In this document: piece after piece, positions 18,618-31,325 of the stretch | Layout of the letters: every line of letters begins with the position of its first letter | How positions within the stretch are numbered: the stretch's first letter is position 1 | DNA from: an uncultured Acidobacteriota bacterium | Lineage (GTDB): Bacteria > Acidobacteriota > Thermoanaerobaculia > UBA5066 > DATFVB01 | Length of the DNA stretch: 64,000 nt | Assembly: GCA_963813155.1 (NCBI GenBank) | Contig: CAWEYG010000002.1 | Location: forward strand, 768,001 to 832,000 | Direction: 5' to 3' | Program-made: the position numbers and the translations under genes | Notes under the pieces: model-generated | Told to the model about the DNA's origin: nothing | The model's database searches: none | The model's input: the letters and a program-made list of their open reading frames with translations, nothing else

Positions 18618-20441
18618 CTACTCGACGGCTTCGACCTTCTTGTTCGCCACCTTGCGCTGCGAGTGATCGAGGATCTCCTTGCGCAGGCGGATCGACTTCG
18701 GCGTGACCTCGACGAGCTCGTCTTCCTCGATCCACTCGATCGCGGCTTCCAGACCCATGGGGCGCGGCGGGGTGAGCTTGATCGCCATGTCCGAGCCGGA
18801 GGCGCGCATGTTCGTCAGGTGCTTCTTCTTGTTCGGGTTGACGACCATGTCCGACTCGCGCGCGTTTTCCCCGATGACCTGACCCAGGTACGTCGGAACG
18901 CCGGGCGCGACGAACAGGATGCCCCGCTCCTCGAGGCCCTCCAGCGAGTACCCGGTCGTCTCGCCGGGTTCGAGCACGATCATCGCGCCGCGTCCGCGGG
19001 GGGCGACGTCGCCCTTCCACGGCTGGTACGAGTGAAAGACGTGCGAGAGGATGCCCGATCCGCGAGTCGATGTCAGGAACTCGTTCCGGAACCCGAACAG
19101 GCCGCGCGTCGGAATGAGGAACTCGATTCGGACGCGGCCGTTGGCGGGAGTCGCCATGACCTGCATCTCCGCGCGGCGGGAGCCGAGCTTCTCGATGACC
19201 GCCCCCATCGATTCTTCGGGAACGTCGACGACGAGGAGCTCGACCGGCTCGCTCAACTTTCCGTTCACTTCCTTCGTGATGACGTGCGGGCGCGAGAGCG
19301 CGAACTCGTAGCCCTCGCGGCGCATCGTCTCGATCAGGATCGCGAGGTGCAGCTCGCCGCGGCCGGACACGCGGAACGCGTCCGGCTCCTCGGTGTCCTC
19401 GACGCGCAGCGCGACGTTCGTCCGCAGCTCCCGGTCGAGGCGCTCCTTCAGGTGGCGGCTCGTGACGTACTTGCCTTCGGTTCCCGCGAACGGCGAATCG
19501 TTGACCCGGAACCGCATCGAGACGGTCGGTTCGTCGACCGCGATGACCGGCAGCGCCTCGGGGTGCTCCAGGTCGGCGATCGTCTCGCCGATCGTGACGT
19601 CGTCGAATCCCGCGATGACGACGATCTCGCCGGCCGGCGCCTCCGTGATTTCCACCCGCTTCATGCCCTCGAAGGCGAGGAGCTTCGTGACGCGCCCCTT
19701 CGCGGTCGTCCCGTCGAGACGGCAGACCGCGTAGTCCTTGCCGGACTGGATCCGGCCGCGAACGATTCGTCCGATCGCGAGGCGCCCCAGGTAGTTGTCG
19801 TAGTCGAGAGACGCGACGAGGATCTGGAGCGGCTCGTCGGGATCCCCGGACGGCTCGGCGACTTCCATGACGACGGTGTCGAGGAGAGGTTTGACGTCGC
19901 CGTCGGTGTGGTCGATCTCCCGGCGCGCGAAGCCGACCTTCGCGGACGTGTACACGATCGGAAAATCGAGCTGGGAGTCCGTCGCCCCGAGGTCGATCAT
20001 CAGCGTGAAGACCTCGTCGACGACCTGGTGCGGACGAGCCTCCGGACGGTCGATCTTGTTGATGACGACGATCGGCTTGAGCGAGAGCTCCAGCGCCTTG
20101 CGCAGCACGAACCGCGTCTGCGGCATCGGGCCGTCGGCCGCGTCGACGACGAGCAGCACCGCGTCGACCATCTTCAGGATGCGTTCGACCTCGCCCCCGA
20201 AGTCGGCGTGGCCGGGCGTGTCGACGATGTTGATCTTGACGCCCTTGTAGCGGATCGCGGCGTTCTTCGCGAGAATCGTGATGCCGCGCTCGCGCTCGAG
20301 CTCGTTGGTGTCCATGGCGCGCTCCGCCATGTGCTCGTTCTCGCGGAACGTGCCGGACTGCTTGAGCATGCAGTCGACGAGCGTCGTTTTGCCGTGGTCG
20401 ACGTGCGCGATGATCGCGATGTTTCGCAGGTCCTTGGGCAT
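18618..20441 (-). CDS. typA: Translational GTPase TypA/BipA
   Basis: [62 protein letters not shown]. Confidence 0.97.
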   Translation of the reverse strand: MPKDLRNIAIIAHVDHGKTTLVDCMLKQSGTFRENEHMAERAMDTNELERERGITILAKNAAIRYKGVKINIVDTPGHADFGGEVERILKMVDAVLLVVDAADGPMPQTRFVLRKALELSLKPIVVINKIDRPEARPHQVVDEVFTLMIDLGATDSQLDFPIVYTSAKVGFARREIDHTDGDVKPLLDTVVMEVAEPSGDPDEPLQILVASLDYDNYLGRLAIGRIVRGRIQSGKDYAVCRLDGTTAKGRVTKLLAFEGMKRVEITEAPAGEIVVIAGFDDVTIGETIADLEHPEALPVIAVDEPTVSMRFRVNDSPFAGTEGKYVTSRHLKERLDRELRTNVALRVEDTEEPDAFRVSGRGELHLAILIETMRREGYEFALSRPHVITKEVNGKLSEPVELLVVDVPEESMGAVIEKLGSRRAEMQVMATPANGRVRIEFLIPTRGLFGFRNEFLTSTRGSGILSHVFHSYQPWKGDVAPRGRGAMIVLEPGETTGYSLEGLEERGILFVAPGVPTYLGQVIGENARESDMVVNPNKKKHLTNMRASGSDMAIKLTPPRPMGLEAAIEWIEEDELVEVTPKSIRLRKEILDHSQRKVANKKVEAVE

Positions 20442-20536
20442 CTTCCGAGAGGCTCCTTCCCGGCTCGCGGCCGAACCGGGAAGGATATCGCATTTTGGCG
20501 GCAGGATCGAACCCGCTCCGGTGCTAGATTTCGAGG

Positions 20537-21160
20537 ATGGAATCCGATCGCCTGCCCCCGCACCAGGTTCGGACGGAAAAGTGGCCGGTGCTGACCTATG
20601 GTGCGGTCCCGAAAGTCGACCTCTCGACATGGACGCTGCGCGCGTTCGGGCTCGTCGAGACGGAGATCTCCTGGACCTGGGAAGAGTTTCTCCGCCTGCC
20701 CCGCGTGGAAACCGTGTCCGACATCCATTGCGTCACGCACTGGAGCCGCTTCGACAACCGGTGGGAGGGGGTCGCGATCCGCGAGGTCCTGTCCCGCTGC
20801 CGCCCGAAGCCGGAGGCGTCGGCGGTGACGATCCATTCCGAAGGCGGGTACACGACGAACCTCCTCCTCGCCGAGCTCGACGACGACGGCGTTCTCCTCG
20901 CGACGAAACACGACGGCCGCGACCTGGCGCCGGAGCACGGCGGACCGTGCCGGCTCGTCGTCCCGAAGCTCTACTTCTGGAAGAGCGCGAAATGGATTCG
21001 CGCGATCGAGTTCCTCGACGTCAACCGCCCCGGCTTCTGGGAGGAAAACGGCTACCACATGCGCGCGGATCCCTGGAAAGAGGAGCGCTACTCCGACCAG
21101 GAAACCGACGCGATGCAGCGGATGCGCTCAGAAGCCGCGCGCAAGCTGCGCGGCGCCTGA
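20537..21160 (+). CDS. Sulfite oxidase-like molybdopterin oxidoreductase (cytoplasmic, YuiH-like)
   Basis: [39 protein letters not shown]. Confidence 0.9.
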   Translation: MESDRLPPHQVRTEKWPVLTYGAVPKVDLSTWTLRAFGLVETEISWTWEEFLRLPRVETVSDIHCVTHWSRFDNRWEGVAIREVLSRCRPKPEASAVTIHSEGGYTTNLLLAELDDDGVLLATKHDGRDLAPEHGGPCRLVVPKLYFWKSAKWIRAIEFLDVNRPGFWEENGYHMRADPWKEERYSDQETDAMQRMRSEAARKLRGA

Positions 21161-21194
21161 GCGCAATATCAAGCCGCTCGGCGCCGGAGGGCCC

Positions 21195-23296
21195 CTACTG
21201 CGGGTTCTCCTGCGCCTGTCTTGCCTCGGCCTCGCGCTGCTTCTCGACAGCGTTTCGTACTGCGGGGTTCGTCTTCCATTCGATGCCCTGCTCGATCGAG
21301 CGCCCGTATTCCACCGGAGTGGAGGAGGAATCCCCGCTCCGATTCCGGCTTCTCCACTTCGACCAGGAATCCGGTGCGCGTTCGCCCACGCGTCCTGCCG
21401 GATTCCCGTGAGCTGCCAGGAGACTTTCTGGCCGGGCTTCTCGCCCTTGATGGCGAACTGGCTGCCCTGGACCTCCCGCTCGATCCACACGGGGCTGAAG
21501 CCGCCCATGCACGTGAGCTGATAGCGGAAGTCGCTATTCAGGGACTCGAACCACGCGGGCAGCGGACGATCGCGTTCGCCGCGAGCGTCGAGGATCGTGA
21601 CGCCGTTGTAGATGTTCATCATGTCGGAGGATTCGACGAAGGAGTGGTAGAGGTACTTGTTGTCGGGTCGATCGGATCGTCGATCTTGAACGATCCGCCC
21701 GAGTTTCGACACCGTACCGGTGACGTTGACGTTGCCGAAGAAGTAGTCCCGCCCAGGGTGAGGTGCCGCCGCTCGCATAACCGAAGACGCCGACTCGCGT
21801 ATCACCGACGAGGTACGAATCTCCTTCGACTCCGTAGGAGAAAGACCCGCCGCCGTTCGAACCGGCAACCATGCCGATCCCCTCCACGCCGAGGACGCCG
21901 TAGCCTACGACGCCGTACCACTTGCCCATATGTCGTGCTGCTCGAGCGTCCCGAAGACCCCCGTGCCGTCGTGGCTGTCTCCCCAGACGCCGATCGGAAA
22001 CGTGGGCGTCGTGCCGGACCCGAAGTTCTGGTCGCCGTAGATGGCGGCGGCTCCCGCGCCGCTGTCGAACGTGAAACCGAGCACGCCGAAATAGTGGGAG
22101 TTGAAAAACCGGCCGAGCTCTCCCCAGGCCTGGGCGCCGCTTCCGTTCGTCGCGTCGCCGTAGACGCCGACGACCTTCGCCGTGCCGTAGATCGCGGGTG
22201 TATAGCTGGTGACGTTCGTGTCGGTGGTGGAGGCGAAGACGCCGACCTGAGTCCCCGCGAGAGTCACCGTCGTCTCGCTGTTGGAGAGGTTCAACGGCGC
22301 TGCCACGGAGAGAGGATTGCCCCCCGTGCCGTCGCCCGTGAGCGTCCCGTTGTGCGAGACCGAGGCGAGCCCTCCGCCGCCCCCGCCCGCGGCGTTGATG
22401 ACGATGTTGTTGCCCGAGCCGCCGAACGTCACGTTCGTGCCCGCGCTGAGCGTGACGGCTCCCGTCAGCCCGTTCAAACTCGTGACGCCCGCGCTGCCCA
22501 GAAGCGCGTCGCGGAAGCTCATCTCGAAGCCGGACTGGTCCTGCGGGCCGCCGTTGCCCACCTGCGAGCCCGCGAAGAGCACCGTCCCCGAGCCGGCGGT
22601 CACGGTCGCCGCGAGGCGCGCGTTCGACGTCGACGCGGCCGGAGCGACGGCATTGGCCGAGAGAAGAAGGTGCTCGTACGGCAGCAGCGGAACGTCCGTC
22701 GCCCCGAGCTGCGTTCCCGCGGCGTCGAGAGCCTGGACGTGCACCGTGCACGAGCTGCCGGAGGTCTCGAGCAACACGTAGTTGTAGCGAAAATCGAGAC
22801 CCGACCCCAGGTAGACACCCTGAAGGGTCGCCGATTGCCCGAGAGAAATCGAGAAACCCTTCGGGATGCCCGAGAAGAACTGTCCCGCCGTCTGGGAGAG
22901 CGGAACGGAGGCGGGCTGGTTGTAGATCCGCTCCGCGACAAAGATTTCCCCCGTCGAGAGGATTCGAGCGGCGCCGTTCACATTCGTCAGGTGAAGCTGC
23001 GTGCCGACGACGTCGGTGTAACGCTTCGTCTGACCCGCCGCCAGGCTGTCGGAAAAGGAAGTCGGCGTGAGGTTCGCCTGCCCCGCCTGGAGGAACTGGA
23101 ACGTGTAACTCACGGAAGAGGCGCCGACGTTCGTGATCCAGACGTCCGAAAAGAACTGCGCCCCCCCGGACCCCTGCGGGTTGCCGATGGCGGCAAGGTA
23201 GGTTTCGGTTCCCGCGAACCCCGCGAAAGCCAGGCTCGCCAGCAGAACCATGCACACGGCCAGTGAAGAGACGCGAAGGAGAGGGCTCGATTTCAT
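21195..23296 (-). CDS. Secreted fibre/adhesin-like protein, copy 2, with multiple frameshifts in its 3' third (pseudogene or sequencing errors)
   Basis: N-domain near-identical to 8697-10694. The C-domain ([21 protein letters not shown]...[17 protein letters not shown]) is scattered over three frames in 21200-21950. Confidence 0.8.
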
Positions 23297-23366
23297 TTTG
23301 ACCTCCTGCAGGAAGAAATTGGAACGATCTTACCCCTTCCGATGGGAGGAGTGGGAGGAAAAAGAG

Positions 23367-24107
23367 TCACCGTTCGGTTTTCGTGGGTGCGATCTCGTAG
23401 ACCGCCTCGACCTGCGCCGAAATCGTGAGTTCGCCCGACTCGATCGGCGGGCCGGCGGCAAGCGACATCGCCCGCATCGCGACCGGCCGCGGCGAGGAGC
23501 CGCCCTCTTCCGACAGGGAGAGAAGCGGGCCGAGGGCCACGCCGCTCGCGCGGGCGAGCCCTTCCGCGCGGGCCCGGGCGTCCGCGACGGCCGCATCGCG
23601 CGCCTTCGCGCGCAGCGGGCGGGGGTCGTCGATCGAAAACGAAATTCCGAAAACGTCGTTCGCGCCGGCCGCCAGCGCGCCGTCGAGAACGTCGCCGACC
23701 CGGTCGCGGTCGCGAATGGTGACCTCGACGACGTTGCGAACGACGTATTGCCCGGGTTGCGGAGGTTGCTCGGCTGGACGTTCGAAATTGACCGAGAAAT
23801 CGCTCGTGCGGATGTCCCTCGCGCCGATCCCCGCCTTTTTCAGCGCGGCGACGACGGCGGTCATCCGCGAGCTCGCGTCCGCGACGGCCGTGCCCGCTCT
23901 CGGGGAGCGGATCTCGACGCCGAGGCTCGTCCTCGCCACGTCGGGAGTCCCGGTTGCCTGCCCCTCCCCGACGACCGAAATCGTGCGCCGCGGCGGAAAG
24001 CCCCCGTGCGGCTCCCCCGGAACCCTGGAGTCCGCCGCGGCCGCGGCGGCCGCGAGCCCGATCGCGAGCGGGACCGCTCCCCATGCGGGACGAAGTGCGA
24101 ATTTCAT
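23367..24107 (-). CDS. SIMPL (DUF541) domain protein
   Basis: Signal peptide; TISVVGEG...PD, DIRTS, PIESGELTISAQVEAVY. Confidence 0.88.
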   Translation of the reverse strand: MKFALRPAWGAVPLAIGLAAAAAAADSRVPGEPHGGFPPRRTISVVGEGQATGTPDVARTSLGVEIRSPRAGTAVADASSRMTAVVAALKKAGIGARDIRTSDFSVNFERPAEQPPQPGQYVVRNVVEVTIRDRDRVGDVLDGALAAGANDVFGISFSIDDPRPLRAKARDAAVADARARAEGLARASGVALGPLLSLSEEGGSSPRPVAMRAMSLAAGPPIESGELTISAQVEAVYEIAPTKTER

Positions 24108-24151
24108 GCGCGCCTCCGCCGCGAGCGTATCGCAAGGCGGAGCGGCTCGCG

Positions 24152-25285
24152 TCAGTCCGCCGTCTCGACCTCGTACACGTCGATGCCGGTACCCATCCTC
24201 GCGAACCGGTCGATCGGGCTGCGCCAGAACACCCTCTTCCAGGCCGGCCGCCGGCTCTTGCCGAACATCGCGACGGTGACGCCGTTCCGGCTCGCGAAAT
24301 TCAGCAGCTCCTGCGCGACGTCCTTCGCCGAGAGCCAGACGACCTTCGCTCCGAGCTCCATTGCGAGCGTCACGTTTTCCGAAAGGAGCCGGTGGTCCCG
24401 AGCGGACATCCGGTGCGGGTGCTCCTTCGGCGTGCGGACGTAGGCCGCGAACCAGTTCGTGTTCATTCGTCCCGCGAGGGCGGAAGCCTTTCGCAGCAGG
24501 AGGCGGGTCGTCTCCGCGTTGGAGGACATCGCGACCATCACTTTCGTTCCGACCGGCTCGACTTCTCCGGACAGATCGCGCGTTCGGCGCCCCGCTTCGA
24601 GCCGGTCCGCGATCGACCGCATCGCCAGCTCGCGCAGCGACGCGAGGTTCTCTTCGCGAAAGAAGTTGTCGAGCGCCGGGGTGATCCTCCCGGCCGGATA
24701 GATCTTGCCCTCCTTCAGACGCTGGATGAGGTCTTCCGAGGGGAGGTCCACGTTGACGATGGTGTCCGCCTGGCGGAAGACCCGGTCGGGAACGCGTTCG
24801 CGAACGTCGACTCCGGTCGCGCGCGCGACGACGTCGACGAGCGACTCGATGTGCTGGATGTTGACGGTCGTCATCACCGAGATCCCGGCGGAAAGGAGGT
24901 CTTCCACGTCCTGGAACCTCTTCTCGTGCTCGACGCCCGGCGCGTTGGTGTGCGCGAGCTCGTCGACGAGGACGATCTCGGGCTTTCGGGCAAGGATGCC
25001 CGGAAGATCCATCTCTTCCAGCTCTTTTCCCTTGTATGGCACGCGCCGGGCCGGGAGGGCCTCGAGGCCGGCGAGCTTTTCCTCGGTCTCCGCCCGGCCG
25101 TGGGTCTCGACGACTCCGGCGACGACGTCCACGCCGCGCTTCTTGAGGAGGTGCGCGTCCTCGAGCATCTGGTACGTTTTTCCGACTCCGGCGGCATGGC
25201 CGATGTAGATCTTCAACCGGCCCCGGCGCGACTTCTCGATGAGCTTCAGAAAATCTTCCGGCGAGGTCCGCCGCTCGGGTGTCAT
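24152..25285 (-). CDS. kdpD: KdpD N-terminal sensor (KdpD domain + Usp), stand-alone
   Basis: RGRLKIYIGHAAGVGKTYQML, VDELAHTN, TTVNIQHIESL; Usp domain; no TM or kinase. Confidence 0.92.
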   Translation of the reverse strand: MTPERRTSPEDFLKLIEKSRRGRLKIYIGHAAGVGKTYQMLEDAHLLKKRGVDVVAGVVETHGRAETEEKLAGLEALPARRVPYKGKELEEMDLPGILARKPEIVLVDELAHTNAPGVEHEKRFQDVEDLLSAGISVMTTVNIQHIESLVDVVARATGVDVRERVPDRVFRQADTIVNVDLPSEDLIQRLKEGKIYPAGRITPALDNFFREENLASLRELAMRSIADRLEAGRRTRDLSGEVEPVGTKVMVAMSSNAETTRLLLRKASALAGRMNTNWFAAYVRTPKEHPHRMSARDHRLLSENVTLAMELGAKVVWLSAKDVAQELLNFASRNGVTVAMFGKSRRPAWKRVFWRSPIDRFARMGTGIDVYEVETAD

Positions 25286-25296
25286 CGGATTTCAGC

Positions 25297-25875
25297 CTAC
25301 TTCGCCGGAAAACTCCGGTCGAGATCGATGTTCGCCAGCAGCACGTTCACGCGCGGATCTCCCAGGAGACCGAAGGTGCGTCCCTCGACGCGTCTTTCGA
25401 TCACGCCCAGAACGGCGGCCTCCGGCACGTTTCTCGCCTTCGCGATCCGCAGGGCCTGCCAGCGAGCGGCCTCCGGAGAAAGGTGCGGATCGAGACCGGA
25501 GCCCGAGGAGGTCACGAGGTCCGCGGGAACGGGGCGAAGATCTCCCGGCCGGTCGGCCCGGGCCGCGGCGACGGCGGCCGACACCGATTTCGCGAGCTCC
25601 GCGCTCGTCGGCCCCAGGTTCGTCCCGGTCGAAGCGGTGCCGTCGTACCCGTCCTTGCCGGCGGCCGACGGCCGCGGATGGAGGTAGCGGTCACCGCCGA
25701 AATTCTGGCCGATGAGCGAGGACCCGACGATCCTGCCGTTCGCCGAGACGAAGGAGCCGTCCGCCTCGCGAGGCCAGAAGAGGTGCGCGGCGATCGTCAC
25801 GAACGCCGGATACGCGCCGCCCAGGAGAACCGTCAGCACGACGACATATCCGGTCGCTTTCAGCAAAAGTTTCAT
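25297..25875 (-). CDS. kdpC: K+-transporting ATPase subunit C
   Basis: GSSLIGQNF, YLHPRPSA, DLVTSSGSGLDPHLS, PRVNVLLAN. Confidence 0.95.
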   Translation of the reverse strand: MKLLLKATGYVVVLTVLLGGAYPAFVTIAAHLFWPREADGSFVSANGRIVGSSLIGQNFGGDRYLHPRPSAAGKDGYDGTASTGTNLGPTSAELAKSVSAAVAAARADRPGDLRPVPADLVTSSGSGLDPHLSPEAARWQALRIAKARNVPEAAVLGVIERRVEGRTFGLLGDPRVNVLLANIDLDRSFPAK

Positions 25876-25882
25876 GCTCCCC

Positions 25883-27912
<2,030 letters not shown>

Positions 27913-27923
27913 GGTGCCCCTCC

Positions 27924-29633
27924 TCAATAGAGCGTGCCGGCCCGCATCGCCAGGTGTTCGACGATGGGGCCGAGCGAAAAGGCCGGGAAGAACGTCAACG
28001 CGCCGACGATCACGATCACGCCGACGAGCAGGAACGCGAAAAGCGGGCCGGTCACGGGAAACGTCCCGGCGGAGGCGGGAACCTTCTTCTTCGCCGCGAG
28101 CGAGCCTGCGATCCCGAGGATCGGAATCAGCATGAAGAATCTTCCGAAGAACATGTCGAAGCCGAGCGAGACGTTGTACCAGAGCGTGTTCGCGTTGAGC
28201 CCCGCGAACGCGGAGCCGTTGTTTCCCGCTCCGGAGGTGAACGCGTAAAGGATTTCCGAAAACCCGTGCGGTCCCTTGTTGTTCAGAGAGGACAACCCCG
28301 GCGGGATGACGGACGAAATCGCGGAGAGCCCGAGGATGAAGAGCGTCAGGACGAGCACCGAGAGCATCGCGAGCTTGACCTCTCGCGCCTCGATCTTCTT
28401 GCCGAGGTATTCGGGCGTGCGCCCGACCATCAGTCCCGCGATGAAGACCGAGAGCACGATGAAGACGAACATCCCGTACAGCCCCGCACCGACTCCGCCG
28501 AAGATCACCTCTCCCGTCGCGATGTTCGCGAGCGGGACGAGGCCGCCGAGCGGCGTGAAGGAGTCGTGCATTCCGTTGACCGCCCCGCACGACGCGTCGG
28601 TCGTGACGGTCGCGAAGAGGGTCGAATCGCCGATGCCGAAGCGGACTTCCTTGCCCTCCATGTTTCCGGCCGCCGCCGCGACGCCGGCCCTCTGGTGAAT
28701 CGGGTTGCCGCGCCTCTCCGAAACGTCGCACACGACGACTCCCGCCCAGAAGAGCAGCGCCATCGCGGCAAACACCGCCCAGCCGTGCCGGACGGAGCCC
28801 GTCATCTTCCCGAGCGTGCTCGTGAGCCCGGCGCCGATCGCGAAGATCAGCAGCATCTGGACGAAGTTCGTGCCGGGAGTCGGGTTCTCGTACGGGTGCG
28901 CGGAGTTCGCGTTGAAGAACCCTCCTCCGTTCGTCCCGAATTCCTTGATCGCCTCCTGCGAGGCCACCGGGCCCTGGGAGATCTTCTGGGTCTTGCCTTC
29001 GAGGGTCTGAACCGAGACGTCGGCCCGGAAGTTCTGGACGACGCCGCGGGAAACGAAGAAGAGCGCGGAGACGAAAGAGATCGGGAGAAGCACCCACACG
29101 ATCGCCCGGGTGCAGTCGAACCAGAAGTTGCCGATCCCCTTCGCCTTCTCGCGCGCGATGCCGCGGATGACGGCGACGGCGATCGCGATGCCCGTGGCCG
29201 CCGACAGGAAATTGTGGAGCGCGAGGCCGGCCATCTGCGTGAAGAACGACATCGTCGATTCGCCCGAGTAGCCCTGCCAGTTCGTGTTCGTCGTGAACGA
29301 GACGGCCGTGTTCCACGAGGAATCGGGCGAGACGGGCCCGAAGTGGTTCGGGTTCAGCGGCAGCCACTTCTGGAGCCGCTGCAGGAGGTACAGGATCACG
29401 AGCGAAGCGCCGTTGACGGCGAGCATCGCGATCGTCCATTCGACCCAGGTCTGTTCCTGCGCGGCATCGACGCCGCACACGCGGTAGATGCCGCGCTCGA
29501 CCGGCCGGAACACGAAATCGAGCGGAGTTTTCTCGCCCGAGAACACGCGCTTCATGTAGCCGCCGAGGACCGGAGTGATCGCGACGATCAGCGCGAAATA
29601 GACCGCGATTTCCCAGAAGTTGATCGCGGTCAC
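27924..29633 (-). CDS. kdpA: K+-transporting ATPase subunit A
   Basis: [20 protein letters not shown] and NNGSAF filter motifs. Confidence 0.97.
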   Translation of the reverse strand: MTAINFWEIAVYFALIVAITPVLGGYMKRVFSGEKTPLDFVFRPVERGIYRVCGVDAAQEQTWVEWTIAMLAVNGASLVILYLLQRLQKWLPLNPNHFGPVSPDSSWNTAVSFTTNTNWQGYSGESTMSFFTQMAGLALHNFLSAATGIAIAVAVIRGIAREKAKGIGNFWFDCTRAIVWVLLPISFVSALFFVSRGVVQNFRADVSVQTLEGKTQKISQGPVASQEAIKEFGTNGGGFFNANSAHPYENPTPGTNFVQMLLIFAIGAGLTSTLGKMTGSVRHGWAVFAAMALLFWAGVVVCDVSERRGNPIHQRAGVAAAAGNMEGKEVRFGIGDSTLFATVTTDASCGAVNGMHDSFTPLGGLVPLANIATGEVIFGGVGAGLYGMFVFIVLSVFIAGLMVGRTPEYLGKKIEAREVKLAMLSVLVLTLFILGLSAISSVIPPGLSSLNNKGPHGFSEILYAFTSGAGNNGSAFAGLNANTLWYNVSLGFDMFFGRFFMLIPILGIAGSLAAKKKVPASAGTFPVTGPLFAFLLVGVIVIVGALTFFPAFSLGPIVEHLAMRAGTLY

Positions 29634-29719
29634 ACTTCCTCCGCCTTCAGCATGGCCCAGAGCAGGTAGACGAGCAGCCCCGCCGTGATCAGCAGCCCGA
29701 CGATGTCTTCCCAGTTCAT
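29630..29719 (-). CDS. kdpF: KdpF small subunit (29 aa)
   Basis: [29 protein letters not shown]; GTGA overlap with the kdpA start; below the ORF-track cutoff. Confidence 0.88.
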   Translation of the reverse strand: MNWEDIVGLLITAGLLVYLLWAMLKAEEV

Positions 29720-29729
29720 GACGAGATCC

Positions 29730-29813
29730 TCAAATCCTGTCGCAGCGCCGGGTGTAGGCGGCCGCGAGCCAGAACAGGAAAACCGAAAGCGCGAGAAAAA
29801 CGAGGTCCATCAT
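29730..29813 (-). CDS. Second small hydrophobic kdp-associated peptide (27 aa)
   Basis: MMDLVFLALSVFLFWLAAAYTRRCDRI preceded by AAGGAGG. Confidence 0.7.
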   Translation of the reverse strand: MMDLVFLALSVFLFWLAAAYTRRCDRI

Positions 29814-29824
29814 CACGACCTCCT

Positions 29825-31237
29825 TCAGAACTTGACGAGAAGGGCCGCCGTGAACCGGCTCTCCGTCTTGACGAGATCGGGAGTGAACCCCGTCACGACG
29901 GAGCCCGGAAGCCCGCTGTTGCCGCCCGGCGGCGTGATTCCGCCTGGCCCCGAGAAGTAGGGCACGTTCGCGGCGCGCCGATTGAACTCGAACCGGAACG
30001 TCACGAAGTCTTCCGGCATGTAGTCGAACGTCACGGAGTAATCCCACGCGCGGAACGGGTCGCCGGGATTTTCCGTGAAATAGGGAGTGCCCGAAAACGC
30101 GCTCGCCCCGTTGATCGGAGGCAGCAGCACGAGATAACGGCCGGGGTTGTCGATCTCTCCCCCGCCGAGCGTGACGCCGTACTTGTCGTTGTGGAACCAG
30201 AGGCGGTTGTAGACCATGAAGCCGATGAAGTACTGCGACGGCTTCGTCGCCGTGCCTCCCGTACAGACGACGTCTCCGCCGCTCTCGCACCCCGCGTCGA
30301 ACGTCAGAGTGGCGGCGGCCTTGTCGAGAAAGGACCCCGACCGATCGAGGTACTTCACCTGGATGCTGTCGTCCGTGTGGATTCGATGCCGATCCGGCAC
30401 GCCGAGCAGGTCCTTGCCGTAGTAGTTGTTCGACACGATCGAAAGCGAGCCCGTCGGCCGCCAGAGGATCTGCCCGCCGACTCCCGGCGCCTTATTGAAC
30501 TTTCCGTACGACTGCCAGCCGTTGATGATCCACGGCTCGATCTTCAACTTGTCGCTCGGGAAGTACTGAATCCGCAGTCCTTCGAAATACCACGGCGTGT
30601 TCGACGAAACGTACGACGGCTGATAGGCCCAGTTGTCGAACTGGTAGAAGCTGAAAAGCCCGATGTACGAGAGAAAAATTCCGGCATCGATGTTGAGCCC
30701 GTTCTTCACGTCGAGGTGGTATCCGCCATACGCCTCGCCGAGGTACCGGTAAGCGCTGTCGAGGTTGTACTGGCCCCGGCCGGGACTGGCGTCGTTGCGC
30801 GGCTGCGTCTCGGAGTACATGCCGAACTGCGTGAGCAGCCTCGCGCGGACGTTTTTGTAATTGAAGTCGCCGCCGAACGCGACATCGGTCAGCTGGACCT
30901 CGTTCGAGCGAAAGACCTCCGTCGAGCCACCGATCGTGTCGTCCTTCGGGTGGTTGAACGAGTAGTGGTAGGCGGTGTCGACGCGAAATTCCCCGGAGAA
31001 GATCTTCCCCGCGAGCGGGTACTCCTTCTGCCGGCTGTTGCCGGTCAGCCAGGTGAAGTCCGCGAACGCGAACGGCTCGAGCGCCTTCTTCTCGGCCGGC
31101 TTCTCCTCCGCGGGGGGCGCCGTTGGCCCCGTCGGAGTCGCCGGTTCGCCCGAAGTCTGTCCCTGCGCGGCGGCGCAGGCCAATACGGCCGCAACCGCGC
31201 CGCAGAAAGAGCAGATGAGTTTCCTGGAGTCTCGCAT
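29825..31237 (-). CDS. Outer-membrane beta-barrel porin (BBP2/DUF1597-like), first gene of the kdp operon
   Basis: Signal peptide, aromatic beta strands, NGWQ motif, C-terminal F; start approximate. Confidence 0.75.
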   Translation of the reverse strand: MRDSRKLICSFCGAVAAVLACAAAQGQTSGEPATPTGPTAPPAEEKPAEKKALEPFAFADFTWLTGNSRQKEYPLAGKIFSGEFRVDTAYHYSFNHPKDDTIGGSTEVFRSNEVQLTDVAFGGDFNYKNVRARLLTQFGMYSETQPRNDASPGRGQYNLDSAYRYLGEAYGGYHLDVKNGLNIDAGIFLSYIGLFSFYQFDNWAYQPSYVSSNTPWYFEGLRIQYFPSDKLKIEPWIINGWQSYGKFNKAPGVGGQILWRPTGSLSIVSNNYYGKDLLGVPDRHRIHTDDSIQVKYLDRSGSFLDKAAATLTFDAGCESGGDVVCTGGTATKPSQYFIGFMVYNRLWFHNDKYGVTLGGGEIDNPGRYLVLLPPINGASAFSGTPYFTENPGDPFRAWDYSVTFDYMPEDFVTFRFEFNRRAANVPYFSGPGGITPPGGNSGLPGSVVTGFTPDLVKTESRFTAALLVKF

Positions 31238-31274
31238 GACTCGAATCTTCGGCCGCGAGGCCGATAGGAGTCCG

Positions 31275-31320
31275 GGAGAAGTCCGAAAGAATTTCGAAAA
31301 ATTCGACATAAGCTTCGTCG
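31275..31320. promoter_or_regulatory. Putative KdpE-binding direct repeats in the divergent promoter
   Basis: Minus strand CTTATGTCGAA-TTTTTCGAAAT-TCTTTCG with ~11 bp periodicity, AT-rich. Confidence 0.4.
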
Positions 31321-31325
31321 AGGTC

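Noticed and set aside
8697-23296. Fibre paralogs as a diversity-generating retroelement or invertible shufflon
   Set aside because: There is no reverse transcriptase or recombinase, no adenine-specific TR/VR pair, and the copies are direct with housekeeping genes between them.
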